Shown here in pieces: positions 1-8,575 of a stretch of DNA of 24,848 nucleotides. Numbering within the stretch: position 1 is the stretch's first letter; every line of letters begins with the position of its first letter. Origin of the DNA: an uncultured Phycisphaerales bacterium (lineage in GTDB: Bacteria; Planctomycetota; B15-G4; SIAN01); assembly GCA_964426265.1 (NCBI GenBank), contig CAYRQC010000230.1, positions 1 to 24,848 on the forward strand. The letters run 5' to 3'. Made by a program: the position numbers and the translations under genes. The notes under the pieces are model-generated. The model was not told the DNA's origin and did not search any database. It saw only the letters and a program-made list of their open reading frames with translations.

Positions 1-1
1 C

Positions 2-244
2 GAAGGCGAAGCTGACGTCGACATCCAGATGGTGATCCGCAACCTGTCTGCGAACGCCGATCGCGCCCGGGCTCTCTTGCCGACGCTCGCGCCGAAGGTC
101 GCCGCCTCCACGCGCATGTGCGGATGCGGCGATGCTTGCCGCTTCGCGATCATCACGGCACCCGAGCGCCAACCGGCCGCCACGAAGGCCAAGCTTGCGC
201 ACGTGCTGCCGCGCTACTTCGGAGCACAGAGGAAGCGCTCCTGA
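2..244 (+). CDS. mtnP: S-methyl-5'-thioadenosine phosphorylase, C-terminal part (5'-truncated by the window edge)
   Basis: The frame is open from base 2: EGEADVDIQMVIRNLSANADRARALL...MCGCGDACRFAIITAPE...KLAHVLPRYF. This matches the bacterial MTAP C-terminus pattern (V..VI.NL..NA..A...; C.C..AL..AIIT.P). Confidence 0.8.
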   Translation, partial: EGEADVDIQMVIRNLSANADRARALLPTLAPKVAASTRMCGCGDACRFAIITAPERQPAATKAKLAHVLPRYFGAQRKRS

Positions 245-331
245 GGTGCGATTGCGTGAGCGAAAGCATCTGCATGAGGGCGTCGCGGCTGGCACGCTCG
301 AGCTCGTGGTTCCTTGATTCAACGGCTTTCG

Positions 332-344
332 TGTCAATGACTTA
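332..344 (+). promoter_or_regulatory. IHF-like binding site
   Basis: TGTCAATGACTTA versus the consensus WATCAANNNNTTR (1 mismatch), in a locally AT-rich patch ~50 bp upstream of a sigma54-like motif. Confidence 0.3.
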
Positions 345-392
345 CCGCCGTTGACCAGGATCGACGCAGCGCGCGAGCCAGCCGGGTCTGGA

Positions 393-408
393 TGGCACAG
401 TCTTTGTT
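393..408 (+). promoter_or_regulatory. sigma54-like -24/-12 promoter
   Basis: TGGCACAGTCTTTGTT versus the consensus TGGCACGNNNNTTGCW. The GG-N10 spacing is correct, but the -12 element is GT instead of GC. Confidence 0.35.
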
Positions 409-568
409 GAACGAGGTGTCGAACCCCGAGGCCAGCGAAGAGCGGCCTCTCGATCGGATCAAGTACAGGCCAGCCCGGTCTCCTTTGCGGCACTCGGGCC
501 GGTTTTCGCCCCTCGGGGTTTCTCTGAAACCAATCCTCCTGAGACGCTCATCTCGGGAGATCCCCCGG

Positions 569-619
569 TCGGAAGGGGCCGTGCGCGGAAGTCGTCGTAC
601 ACGGCCCCTCCCGATTTTT
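569..619 (+). terminator. Intrinsic terminator-like hairpin
   Basis: TCGG-A-AGGGGCCGTG (569-583) pairs with CACGGCCCCT-C-CCGA (600-614), followed by TTTTT (615-619). Confidence 0.5.
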
Positions 620-770
620 CGGGTGCAACCGTCCTGGACTGAGCGTCGTCTCATGCGCCTCGTCGACCTCGCGACCTGATGGCGCGACTCGGTCGCAGTC
701 GAACGGGTGACGGGTCCCGGGAGTAGGGTGCCCGTCACGGACGAAACAGCGCATCAAGGAGAAGTGGCGC

Positions 771-2918
771 ATGCGACTCGGACAGACTCCCTTCGCGGCC
801 TGGATGGTGGTGTTTGCAACGGCCCCGGCGGTGGCGGCGCAAGACTCACTGGCCGATCGCTACCCCGCCGACGCGATCCTCTACGTCTCGATCGACACCA
901 ATCGGCTGGTCAACGGTGCCATGAACCTCGATCTCGTCAAGCTGGTCGACGAGGTGTCGATCCAGGAGTTCTTGAAGCCGCTGGCGCGCGAGGCAGACAT
1001 CGAGGTCTCGACGCACGGGTTGCGCGCACTGCTCGACGCGGTTCCGTGGCGCCAGTTCGTCGATGGTCGGATCGAGATCGCGGCGCGCGGCATCCAGGTG
1101 CAGTGCGGTGACACGACCATCGACCTGTCGCCGTCGCATCCGCTCGATGCCAAAACGCTGAATCGGATGGGACAAATCGTCGATGCGCTCCAGAGCGGCG
1201 GCCCGGGTGCCGTGAGCATGTCGGTCGACATCGTCGCGAGCGTTGATGCAGGCGACGGTTTCGGAGCCTGGTTCGAGGGAATGCTGAAGAACGTCGGGCA
1301 GGCGGGGGCCGCTGCCCACACCGAGGCGTGCCGCGTCGGTGGACGCGATGCGACCCGCATCTCCTTCTCGCTTGACCATGACGCGCCGATGCAGGTGGCC
1401 TACTTCCTGCGCGACGGCAAGCGCTGGTGGTTCGCTGGATCGTCGGCGACGCTCGAGGGTTGCCTTGCCGGTCACGGTCAGCAGACGCTCGCACACAATG
1501 CGCAGTTCCAGAAGAGTCGGGCGTTGGTCAGCAGTGGCGATTCGGCGGTGATGGCCTATCTCAACGTCGCCAACGTCGCTCGCATGTTCGAGCGCTTCGT
1601 TCCGCCGATCGTGAAGGAAGAGCTCGACCTCTTCGGCATCTCGTCGATCGAGTCGGTGGGGGTGGCGAGCAGCTTCGTCGAGGGTGGCGTACGCGACTCG
1701 ATCGCCCTCAGCTACAACGCGCCACCGACCGGGCTGGTGTCGTTGCTCGATTGTGTTGATGGTGGTTTCGACTACCTCAAGGTCGCGCCGGCCGAAACCG
1801 GTTTCTACTTGGGCGCGCGGATCGATCCGGAGACCTTCGTCGACAAGCTGCTCGCGGTTTCTGAGCAGATCGCGCCTGGATCCGCGGGTGGTCTCGAGCG
1901 GGCACTCGGGCAAGCCGACCGCCAGCTCGGCATGAGCGTTCGTGAAGAGCTGCTCCCGGCGTTTGGCGATGAGATCGGGATCTTCCTGACGCCGCCGGGC
2001 GCCGGTGGAATGTTGCCCGACGGCATGGCCATGCTCGAGATCGGCGATCACGAACAGTTCTGCAAGCTGGTCGCCAAGCTGCGCGAGCATCTGGGCCTCT
2101 TGGGCATGCAGCCGACCGATGCGAAGGGGCTCCCCGAAGGCGTCACCGGCTTCACGATCACGCCCCCGAACTCGCCGGTCCAGCCGGCCTTCGCTGTGAC
2201 GAAAAACGCGCTCTGCGTGGCGCCGAACGTCGTGTCACTCAAGAAGGCGCTGCGCGCGATGAACGGCGGCCTCGCCACTTGTGCCACGGACAACCCGAGC
2301 TTGAAACACGTCCTGACCGGGCTCACCGGCAAGCCGTCGGCGGACGGACTGTCGCTACTCGCCTTCGTCGACCTCGCGCAGCTCGTCTCGCTTGGCTACC
2401 AGTTCCTGCCGATGGTTGCCGGTCCGATCCAGGAGCAGACCGGTGGCAAGCTCGACCTGGCCGCGCTGCCGGAGGCCGATGTGATCACGAGCCACTTCAG
2501 CGGCATCGGGATTGCCGGCCGCTCCGACCAGCATGGGCTCGAGCTCAGTATCTTCACGCCATTCGGCGTGCTTCCCGCGATGGCGGCGGCAGCTGCCATC
2601 CACCACTTGCGGTCGGGTGGCATGGCGATGCTGCACGGTCGCGGTCAACCGGATCACGCGGTTCCTGCGCCGGTTCCAGCCGAATCGGTTGCGGCAGGAG
2701 GGCGCACCAAGTCGCTCGCCGACCTCTTCAGCAACCTGGAAAAGGCGACCGGCGCGACGATCAGCTTCCCGGACGATCTCGCCGAGGTGCAGGTCGGCTA
2801 CAGCGCACGCAGCGGGGACCTCGCGACGATCCTCGATGATCTCGCGCGACTCGTCGGCTTCCGCTACGAGATGCACAAGATCGATGGCGAGACGTTCGTC
2901 GAGGTGTCGAGCGGCTGA
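771..2918 (+). CDS. Exported DUF3352-like protein with C-terminal STN/secretin-N0-like domain
   Basis: 715-aa ORF with SD AAGGAG at 756-761 and a signal peptide (AWMVVFATAPAVAA-Q). DUF3352-like pattern: YPADAILYVSID, SAVMAYLNV, LLPAFGDEIG, LAFVDL, SHFSGIGI. C-terminal SLADLFSNLEKATGATISF...DLATILDDLARLVGFRYE. Confidence 0.65.
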   Translation: MRLGQTPFAAWMVVFATAPAVAAQDSLADRYPADAILYVSIDTNRLVNGAMNLDLVKLVDEVSIQEFLKPLAREADIEVSTHGLRALLDAVPWRQFVDGRIEIAARGIQVQCGDTTIDLSPSHPLDAKTLNRMGQIVDALQSGGPGAVSMSVDIVASVDAGDGFGAWFEGMLKNVGQAGAAAHTEACRVGGRDATRISFSLDHDAPMQVAYFLRDGKRWWFAGSSATLEGCLAGHGQQTLAHNAQFQKSRALVSSGDSAVMAYLNVANVARMFERFVPPIVKEELDLFGISSIESVGVASSFVEGGVRDSIALSYNAPPTGLVSLLDCVDGGFDYLKVAPAETGFYLGARIDPETFVDKLLAVSEQIAPGSAGGLERALGQADRQLGMSVREELLPAFGDEIGIFLTPPGAGGMLPDGMAMLEIGDHEQFCKLVAKLREHLGLLGMQPTDAKGLPEGVTGFTITPPNSPVQPAFAVTKNALCVAPNVVSLKKALRAMNGGLATCATDNPSLKHVLTGLTGKPSADGLSLLAFVDLAQLVSLGYQFLPMVAGPIQEQTGGKLDLAALPEADVITSHFSGIGIAGRSDQHGLELSIFTPFGVLPAMAAAAAIHHLRSGGMAMLHGRGQPDHAVPAPVPAESVAAGGRTKSLADLFSNLEKATGATISFPDDLAEVQVGYSARSGDLATILDDLARLVGFRYEMHKIDGETFVEVSSG

Positions 2919-3073
2919 GAGGCTGCTTCGGCAGACCCTGCAACGTTGGTCGTTGATCTCGTTCGCTCCGCGTCGCTGGATCCGTTGCCGGATCAGGAGA
3001 CGCGGAGCGAACTCTTTTCGTTCGTTTGCATCACGTCCATGCGTCGATATCGAGAGCCTCGGAGAGGCTTGCC

Positions 3074-3493
3074 GTGGCGCTCGAACACCGTGTCTTGATC
3101 TTTGTCTATCGCCGCCGGAGTGGCGGTATCGAGTACCTGTTCGAGCGCCGTCACCCGACCGAGGAGTTCGCCTGGACGCCGATTCCGGCCGAGGTCGGGC
3201 CGACCGACTCGCTCGAAAGCGCAGTCCGCCGCAGCATGGAGGTCGATTGGCAGGCCCCCCCTCCTGAACGGCTCCTCGACCTCAAGGTCTGCGGCCACTT
3301 GAGCGTCGGAGACCTTGACCTGGTCGACTGGGGTGTCGGCTACGGCGTACGTCCGTTGTGGGAGCCGCGCGAACGGCTCTCTCCCATGCGCGCGGAGCTG
3401 ATCTGGCGATCGCTGCCTGTGGCGCTCGGGCTGCTCGAGAACGAGTCGACCCGTCGCGCGCTGTTTCGCCTCCACCTGGAGGCGGCGAGCTAG
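3074..3493 (+). CDS. Nudix-fold protein (NudB-like) with degenerate Nudix box
   Basis: GTG at 3074 with GGAG at 3061-3064. N-terminal VLIFVYRR..GIEYLFERR....W resembles NudB-like proteins. The box region reads AEVGPTDSLESAVRRSMEVDWQ. Confidence 0.6.
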   Translation: MALEHRVLIFVYRRRSGGIEYLFERRHPTEEFAWTPIPAEVGPTDSLESAVRRSMEVDWQAPPPERLLDLKVCGHLSVGDLDLVDWGVGYGVRPLWEPRERLSPMRAELIWRSLPVALGLLENESTRRALFRLHLEAAS

Positions 3494-3582
3494 TCGTCAG
3501 CGACGGGCGCATTGCGCAGGCGTGGTCGCCGCGGAAGATTGCCGCCGGACGTGCGTCGGAGTGGGCGGTCCCGGAGCCTGGA

Positions 3583-5091
3583 ATGGACGCGGCGCGCAAG
3601 CAGCTCGAACGCCGATCACGGCGAGCACGCAGGAACGAGTCGGGGATCGTGTTGATCCTGGCGATGTTCGTCGTGCTCGTCCTCCTCGTGATCGTCCCGC
3701 AGTTCCGGTTCAGCGCGCACGTCGAGCGCGAGCTGGCGATGAACGACGTCCTCGACCTGCAGATGGAGCAGCTGGCGCGCGCCGGGATCATGCGGACGCA
3801 AGCAGCATTGCTCCTCGACCTCGAGGAGGACACCTCGAGTGAAGACGAGCAGGACCCGGCCGGTAATGGCGGGCTCGATGGCGGCGCGGGCGGCGCCGGT
3901 GGCGCCGGCGGTGGAAGCGGCGCGGGCTCGGGATCCGGTGGGGCAGCCGACGCCACCGGCGGGGCCGGGAATCACGTCGACTCGCTCGAGGAGCCGTGGG
4001 CGACCGGCCATCTCGACTTCACGCTTGGCGAGGAGGCCAATCTAAAGACGAAGATCGTCGTCACCGACGAGGACTCGAAGTTGAACGTCCTCCTGCTTTG
4101 TACCGAGGACGACGACTATCGTCGCGAGTGGCGCGGCCGCTTCGAGCGGTGCATCGATCTCATGCGCGATGGCCAGACCGACGACCTCGCGGTGAGCGAC
4201 GCGGCGAGCCTGCTCGACCGGATGGAAGGCTGGATGCACGGCGAGCGGGACGGCGACGAGCTCGCCGACCCTCCGCTCGCGACGGGCGACTGGCAGAAGA
4301 TCGTCCAACGCCCGACGCATGCGCCGCTATCACTCGCCGAGTTCTGCCTGGTTGGCGGATTGCCGCCGCGCTTGCTCCATGGATTTCCGGTCGGCGAAGG
4401 CGACGACGAGAAGTGGTTGCCCGGCTTGAGTCAGGCGCTGACGGTCTGGTCGAACGTCGAGTACAAGGAGAAGCAGTCGGAAGAGGACGAACCGCCGGCT
4501 GACGTCTCCAACGATCAACGGGTCCGTCCGCCTCCGCAGGGGGTCAACAACGGCCGCGTCAACGTGAACACGGCGCCGGTCTACGTGCTGAAGAGCCTCT
4601 TCCCCGACTCCGACGTGCCCTACTCAGCGTGGGATGAGTACGACGAGTTTCGTCGCGATCAGCTCGAGGAGATTCGTAAGCGTCAAGAAGATCGCGCGCG
4701 CGGCATCGGTGACGAGGAGAGCGATCGGGAGAAGAAGGACCCCGGGGACGACGACAGCCCCGCGAAGTACCCATTCAAGACGATCGACGACCTGCGCAAG
4801 GTCGATGGGTTCAGTGCTGGCGACAGCTCGATTCCGCCGGCCAAGTGGGACAAGCTCGCGTCACTGCTTGCGGTCGAGAGCAACGTCTTCACGATCACCG
4901 TGATCGTCGCAACGCTCGATCCGCCACGCCGCTACTACGCCGCCCGCGCCGTGGTCTGGCGGCGAGCTCAGGGTGGCGAGTCCGCCGAGTGCCTCCCCAT
5001 CGTCCCGTTCGAGCGCATGCCGTTGAGCGCGGTCGACCTCCGGGACTTCGCCAAGGAGCTCGAGGACGAGGAGGGGTACTCGTACCGGTAG
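3583..5091 (+). CDS. gspK: Type II secretion minor pseudopilin GspK-like protein
   Basis: Class III signal peptide RRARRNESG|IVLILAMFVVLVLL without Glu+5 (typical of GspK). Other motifs: DSLEEPWA, VTDEDSKLNV, GRVNVNTAPVYVL, FKTIDDLRKVDGF, LAVESNVFTI. GGAG at 3573. Confidence 0.8.
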   Translation: MDAARKQLERRSRRARRNESGIVLILAMFVVLVLLVIVPQFRFSAHVERELAMNDVLDLQMEQLARAGIMRTQAALLLDLEEDTSSEDEQDPAGNGGLDGGAGGAGGAGGGSGAGSGSGGAADATGGAGNHVDSLEEPWATGHLDFTLGEEANLKTKIVVTDEDSKLNVLLLCTEDDDYRREWRGRFERCIDLMRDGQTDDLAVSDAASLLDRMEGWMHGERDGDELADPPLATGDWQKIVQRPTHAPLSLAEFCLVGGLPPRLLHGFPVGEGDDEKWLPGLSQALTVWSNVEYKEKQSEEDEPPADVSNDQRVRPPPQGVNNGRVNVNTAPVYVLKSLFPDSDVPYSAWDEYDEFRRDQLEEIRKRQEDRARGIGDEESDREKKDPGDDDSPAKYPFKTIDDLRKVDGFSAGDSSIPPAKWDKLASLLAVESNVFTITVIVATLDPPRRYYAARAVVWRRAQGGESAECLPIVPFERMPLSAVDLRDFAKELEDEEGYSYR

Positions 5092-5172
5092 GCGCCGCGA
5101 ACCTGGCGAAGGGAGGGGTTTCTGCTCCGGCTGTGAGGCAGCTATCGTCCCCCGGTTTCGCTGAACCCGCTC

Positions 5173-5949
5173 ATGCGCACCCCACTGATCGCCGGAAACC
5201 TGAAGATGAACCTCGACCGCGCTGCGGTCGTGGCGCTCGTCCGCGAGCTGCGCGAAAAGGTGCCGGCACTGCGTGTCACCCGAGGTGTCGAGGTGGGCGT
5301 CGCCCCCCCGTTCCCGTATCTCGAAGCAGCCCACGGCCTTCTGCGCGGAAGCTCGATCTGGGTGGCCGGGCAGAACTTGTCGGCCGAGAAGTTCGGGGCC
5401 TTCACGGGGGAGGTCTCGGCGGAGATGCTCGCCGACGTCGGTTGCTCCCACGTGATCGTGGGCCACTCCGAGCGGCGCCGGCTGATGGGGGAAGCGAGCG
5501 ATCTGGTCGGTCGCAAGGTCGCTGCTGCGCTGGCAGCAGGGCTCGCTCCGATTCTCTGCGTGGGCGAGACCCTGGCTGAGCGCAAGGCGGGCCGGATCGA
5601 GGCAGTGGTGCTCGAGCAGCTCGACGCCGGCCTGCGTGGCCTCACGGAACCGCAGGTGCAGCCCCTGGTGATCGCCTACGAGCCAGTCTGGGCGATCGGC
5701 ACGGGGGTGAACGCCACCGCCCCACAGGTGGGCGAGGCGCACGCCCTGATCCGGGCTTGGCTCGCTCACCGGTTCTCGAACCAGTTCTCGGCTGCCGTGC
5801 GGATCCTGTACGGTGGCTCGGTGAAGGCGCAGAATGCTGGCGAGCTGCTCGCCGTCGAAGAGGTCGACGGCGCGCTCGTGGGTGGGGCGGCTCTCACCGC
5901 AGGCTCTTTCCTCGAGATCATTGCCGCGTGCCCGATCCGGGCGCGCTGA
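5173..5949 (+). CDS. tpiA: Triosephosphate isomerase
   Basis: AGNLKMN (catalytic K), VGHSERR (H), AYEPVWAIGTG (E), LYGGSV, LVGGAAL. Confidence 0.98.
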   Translation: MRTPLIAGNLKMNLDRAAVVALVRELREKVPALRVTRGVEVGVAPPFPYLEAAHGLLRGSSIWVAGQNLSAEKFGAFTGEVSAEMLADVGCSHVIVGHSERRRLMGEASDLVGRKVAAALAAGLAPILCVGETLAERKAGRIEAVVLEQLDAGLRGLTEPQVQPLVIAYEPVWAIGTGVNATAPQVGEAHALIRAWLAHRFSNQFSAAVRILYGGSVKAQNAGELLAVEEVDGALVGGAALTAGSFLEIIAACPIRAR

Positions 5950-5963
5950 CGAGGTGTGATTCC

Positions 5964-6440
5964 ATGACGGTGCTCTTTGCGACGTTGCTCTTTTCATTCG
6001 CCGGCGTCATGCACGGGCTGCTCTGGCTCCTGCTGATCGTCACGATGTTCCTGCTCATCGGTGTCATCTTGCTCCAAGAAGGCAAGGGCGGTGGGCTCGC
6101 CGAAGCGTTCGGTGGCGCCGGTGCCGAAACCTTCGGCGTCAAGGCGCACGGCATCAACAAGTTCACCGCGCTGGTCGGTGGCGTCTTCCTGCTCCTTTGC
6201 GTCGTGCTGGCGAAGTTCAAGGTCGAGCCCGATGCAACGCCGCTCAATCCGGACTACAAGCCACCGGTCCAGCGCAACAACGATCCGGGATCGATTGACC
6301 CGATGGAGAACGACATCCCCTCGACTCCGCTGGAAAATGGAGCGGGTGACGGATCGGGCGCGGGCGCGGGCACGCCACCAGCGAGCAGCGGTGCGGGCGG
6401 TACGCCGCCGGCATCCGGCGGGGTACCCGATCAAAAGTGA
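5964..6440 (+). CDS. secG: Preprotein translocase subunit SecG with long Pro/Gly-rich C-terminal tail
   Basis: LIGVILLQEGKGGGLAEAFGG...TFGVK...INKFTALVGGVFLLLCVVLA. Classic tpiA-secG order. ATG at 5964 after GAGG. Confidence 0.92.
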   Translation: MTVLFATLLFSFAGVMHGLLWLLLIVTMFLLIGVILLQEGKGGGLAEAFGGAGAETFGVKAHGINKFTALVGGVFLLLCVVLAKFKVEPDATPLNPDYKPPVQRNNDPGSIDPMENDIPSTPLENGAGDGSGAGAGTPPASSGAGGTPPASGGVPDQK

Positions 6441-6481
6441 TCCCTCCTGCGTGATCGAAGGGCTGCTGGGAGAGTGCACTC

Positions 6482-7096
6482 GTGGATGCTTCTGAAGTCC
6501 GCCGGCTGCTCGAAGAGACGCAGGCGCTGCTCACCGGCCACTTTCTCCTCAGCTCCGGCAAGCACAGCGACAAGTACTTCCAGTGCGCACGGGTGCTGGC
6601 CTCCCCGGCTCGCGCCTCGTTGCTGGGCGCCGGCATCGGCAGCCGTTGGGCCGAGGAGACGATCGACTTGGTCGTCGGTCCGGCAATCGGCGGAATCCTG
6701 ATCGCGCACGAAGTCGCCCGCTATCTCGGGACACCCGGCTACTACACCGAACGCGAGGCGGGGAAGATGACCCTCCGTCGCGGTTTCGCGCTGGAGCCTG
6801 GAACGCGGGTGCTGGTGGTCGAGGATGTCGTGACGACCGGCGGTTCGGCGCAGGAGGTGATCGACCTCATCGTGAGCCACGGACTGGAGGTCGTCGGCGT
6901 GAGCTCGATCGTCTGGCGTTCGCCCGAACCGAACGCAAGCTCGCCGTTCGGGGACCTGCGGTTCCGCCCACTGTTGACGTTGCCCACCGAGGCGTGGGAT
7001 CCACCGGAGTGTCCGCAGTGCAAGCAGGGCAAGCCGGTCTACAAGCCGGGCAGCCGCGCCCAGCCGCCCGTCGTCAACGCCCAAGCCGGAAAGTGA
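6482..7096 (+). CDS. pyrE: Orotate phosphoribosyltransferase
   Basis: GHFLLSSGKHSDKYFQC, VVGPAIGGI, and the PRPP-binding motif VLVVEDVVTTGGS. Confidence 0.95.
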   Translation: MDASEVRRLLEETQALLTGHFLLSSGKHSDKYFQCARVLASPARASLLGAGIGSRWAEETIDLVVGPAIGGILIAHEVARYLGTPGYYTEREAGKMTLRRGFALEPGTRVLVVEDVVTTGGSAQEVIDLIVSHGLEVVGVSSIVWRSPEPNASSPFGDLRFRPLLTLPTEAWDPPECPQCKQGKPVYKPGSRAQPPVVNAQAGK

Positions 7097-7100
7097 GACG

Positions 7101-7982
7101 ATGCTCGCGAGCATGACCGGATTCGGCCGCGCCGCGAGCCGCGGCCGGGGTCCGCGCCTGCTCTGCGAGGTGCGTTCGGTCAACCACCGCTTCCTCGCCA
7201 CGAAGATCCGGTTGCCGAGTGCGCTCCAGCAGCTCGAGCCATGGGTCGAGCAGCGGGTGCAGTCGCGGCTCCATCGCGGGTCGGTGGAAATCGCCGTCTT
7301 CTGGCGCGACGCCGGCGCGCGCCTGGCGTCGTACCTCGACGCGAAGGTGGCCGACCACTACCTCGAACAGCTCCGCGCCTACTCGAAGAAGCGCCGGCTC
7401 ACGGCCGAATTGCGGGTCGAGGCGCTGCTCGCTCTCCCGGGGGTGTTGGCTCCCGCCGACCCGGATGCCATCTCCGCGGACTTCAAGCCCGAGCTGCAGA
7501 AGGTGATTGACGCCGCGCTCGACGCCTTGGTGGCGATGCGGCAGCGGGAGGGGGAACGGCTTGCCGTGGTGTTGCGCCGTGAGGTGAAGCGGATCCAGCA
7601 GTGCGCGGCCACCATCCAGGAGCGCGTCCCGGAGACGGTGACGGGCTATCAGCGCCGGCTCGCGGAGCGGATCGCGGTGCTGCTGAGCTCGCAGTCGGTC
7701 ACTCCCGACCCGGCGATCCTGGCACGGGAGGTGGCGATTTTTGCCGATCGCTCCGACGTGACCGAGGAGTTGGACCGGCTCAAGAGTCACGAAGCGGAGT
7801 TCGAAAAGCTCCTCTCGAAGAGCGGGCCGATCGGTCGCGAGTTCGAGTTCCTGCTTCAGGAGATGGGCCGCGAAGTGCAGACGATCGGAAGCAAGCTGCA
7901 GGATCCGGAGCTGCTCTCCCGGGTGAGGGAGGCGAAGGCGAGCGTCGAGAAGCTCCGGGAGCAGGTGGCGAACATCGAGTGA
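7101..7982 (+). CDS. yicC: YicC/YloC family endoribonuclease
   Basis: SMTGFGRA, EVRSVNHRFL, ADRSDVTEELDRLKSH, GREFEFLLQEMGREVQTIGSK, KLREQVANIE. Confidence 0.95.
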   Translation: MLASMTGFGRAASRGRGPRLLCEVRSVNHRFLATKIRLPSALQQLEPWVEQRVQSRLHRGSVEIAVFWRDAGARLASYLDAKVADHYLEQLRAYSKKRRLTAELRVEALLALPGVLAPADPDAISADFKPELQKVIDAALDALVAMRQREGERLAVVLRREVKRIQQCAATIQERVPETVTGYQRRLAERIAVLLSSQSVTPDPAILAREVAIFADRSDVTEELDRLKSHEAEFEKLLSKSGPIGREFEFLLQEMGREVQTIGSKLQDPELLSRVREAKASVEKLREQVANIE

Positions 7983-8575
7983 GCGAAATCCGCACCGATA
8001 CTGGTGTGCCCCCGACCCGACGGCCGTTTCGGGGCGGCTTGGCCGTGCTCTCAGGGCCGTCCGGCTCAGGCAAGACCTCGATCTGCAAGGCGCTACTCGA
8101 GGATCCCCGCGTCGAGCTCTCGATCAGTGCGACGACCCGCAAGCCGCGCGTCGGCGAGCAGCACGGAGTCGACTACTGGTACTACTCGAAGGAGCAGTTC
8201 CAGCGGATGGTCGCGAGCGGCGACTTCGTCGAGTGGGCGGAGGTCTACGGCAACTACTACGGGACGTTGCGTGCACCGCTCGAGACGGCGAGCCGGCGGA
8301 CCGAGCGGCTGATGCTGCTCGACATCGACGTGCAAGGCGCCGCCCAGCTCCGCAAGCAGGGGATTCGCGCCCTCTCGCTCTTCGTCGCACCACCTTCGAT
8401 GGACGAGCTGCGCCGACGTCTCTCGACCCGAGGTACCGACTCGCCGGAGGTCATCGCACAGCGCCTGCGCTGGGCCGAAAGTGAGATGGCGCAGCGCGAT
8501 CAATACGACCACGTCCTGGTGAACTCGCAGTTGGACGCGACCATCGCGATGGCGCGGGCGCTGCTCGGCCTCTAG
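7979..8575 (+). CDS. gmk: Guanylate kinase
   Basis: P-loop SGPSGSGKT, SISATTRKPR.GE.HGVDY, FVEWAEVYGNYYGT, LDIDVQGA, FVAPPS. The GTG start overlaps the yicC stop (GTGA). Confidence 0.97.
   Translation: MSEIRTDTGVPPTRRPFRGGLAVLSGPSGSGKTSICKALLEDPRVELSISATTRKPRVGEQHGVDYWYYSKEQFQRMVASGDFVEWAEVYGNYYGTLRAPLETASRRTERLMLLDIDVQGAAQLRKQGIRALSLFVAPPSMDELRRRLSTRGTDSPEVIAQRLRWAESEMAQRDQYDHVLVNSQLDATIAMARALLGL

Noticed and set aside
392-679. 95-aa ORF in the structured intergenic region
   Set aside because: No SD, no recognisable domain and an Arg/Pro/Ser-rich composition; the hairpins and promoter-like motif explain the region better. Not fully excluded.
3358-3582. N-terminal extension of the gspK ORF from the ORF track
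   Set aside because: It overlaps the Nudix-like gene; ATG 3583 has a GGAG SD and gives a proper class III signal peptide.
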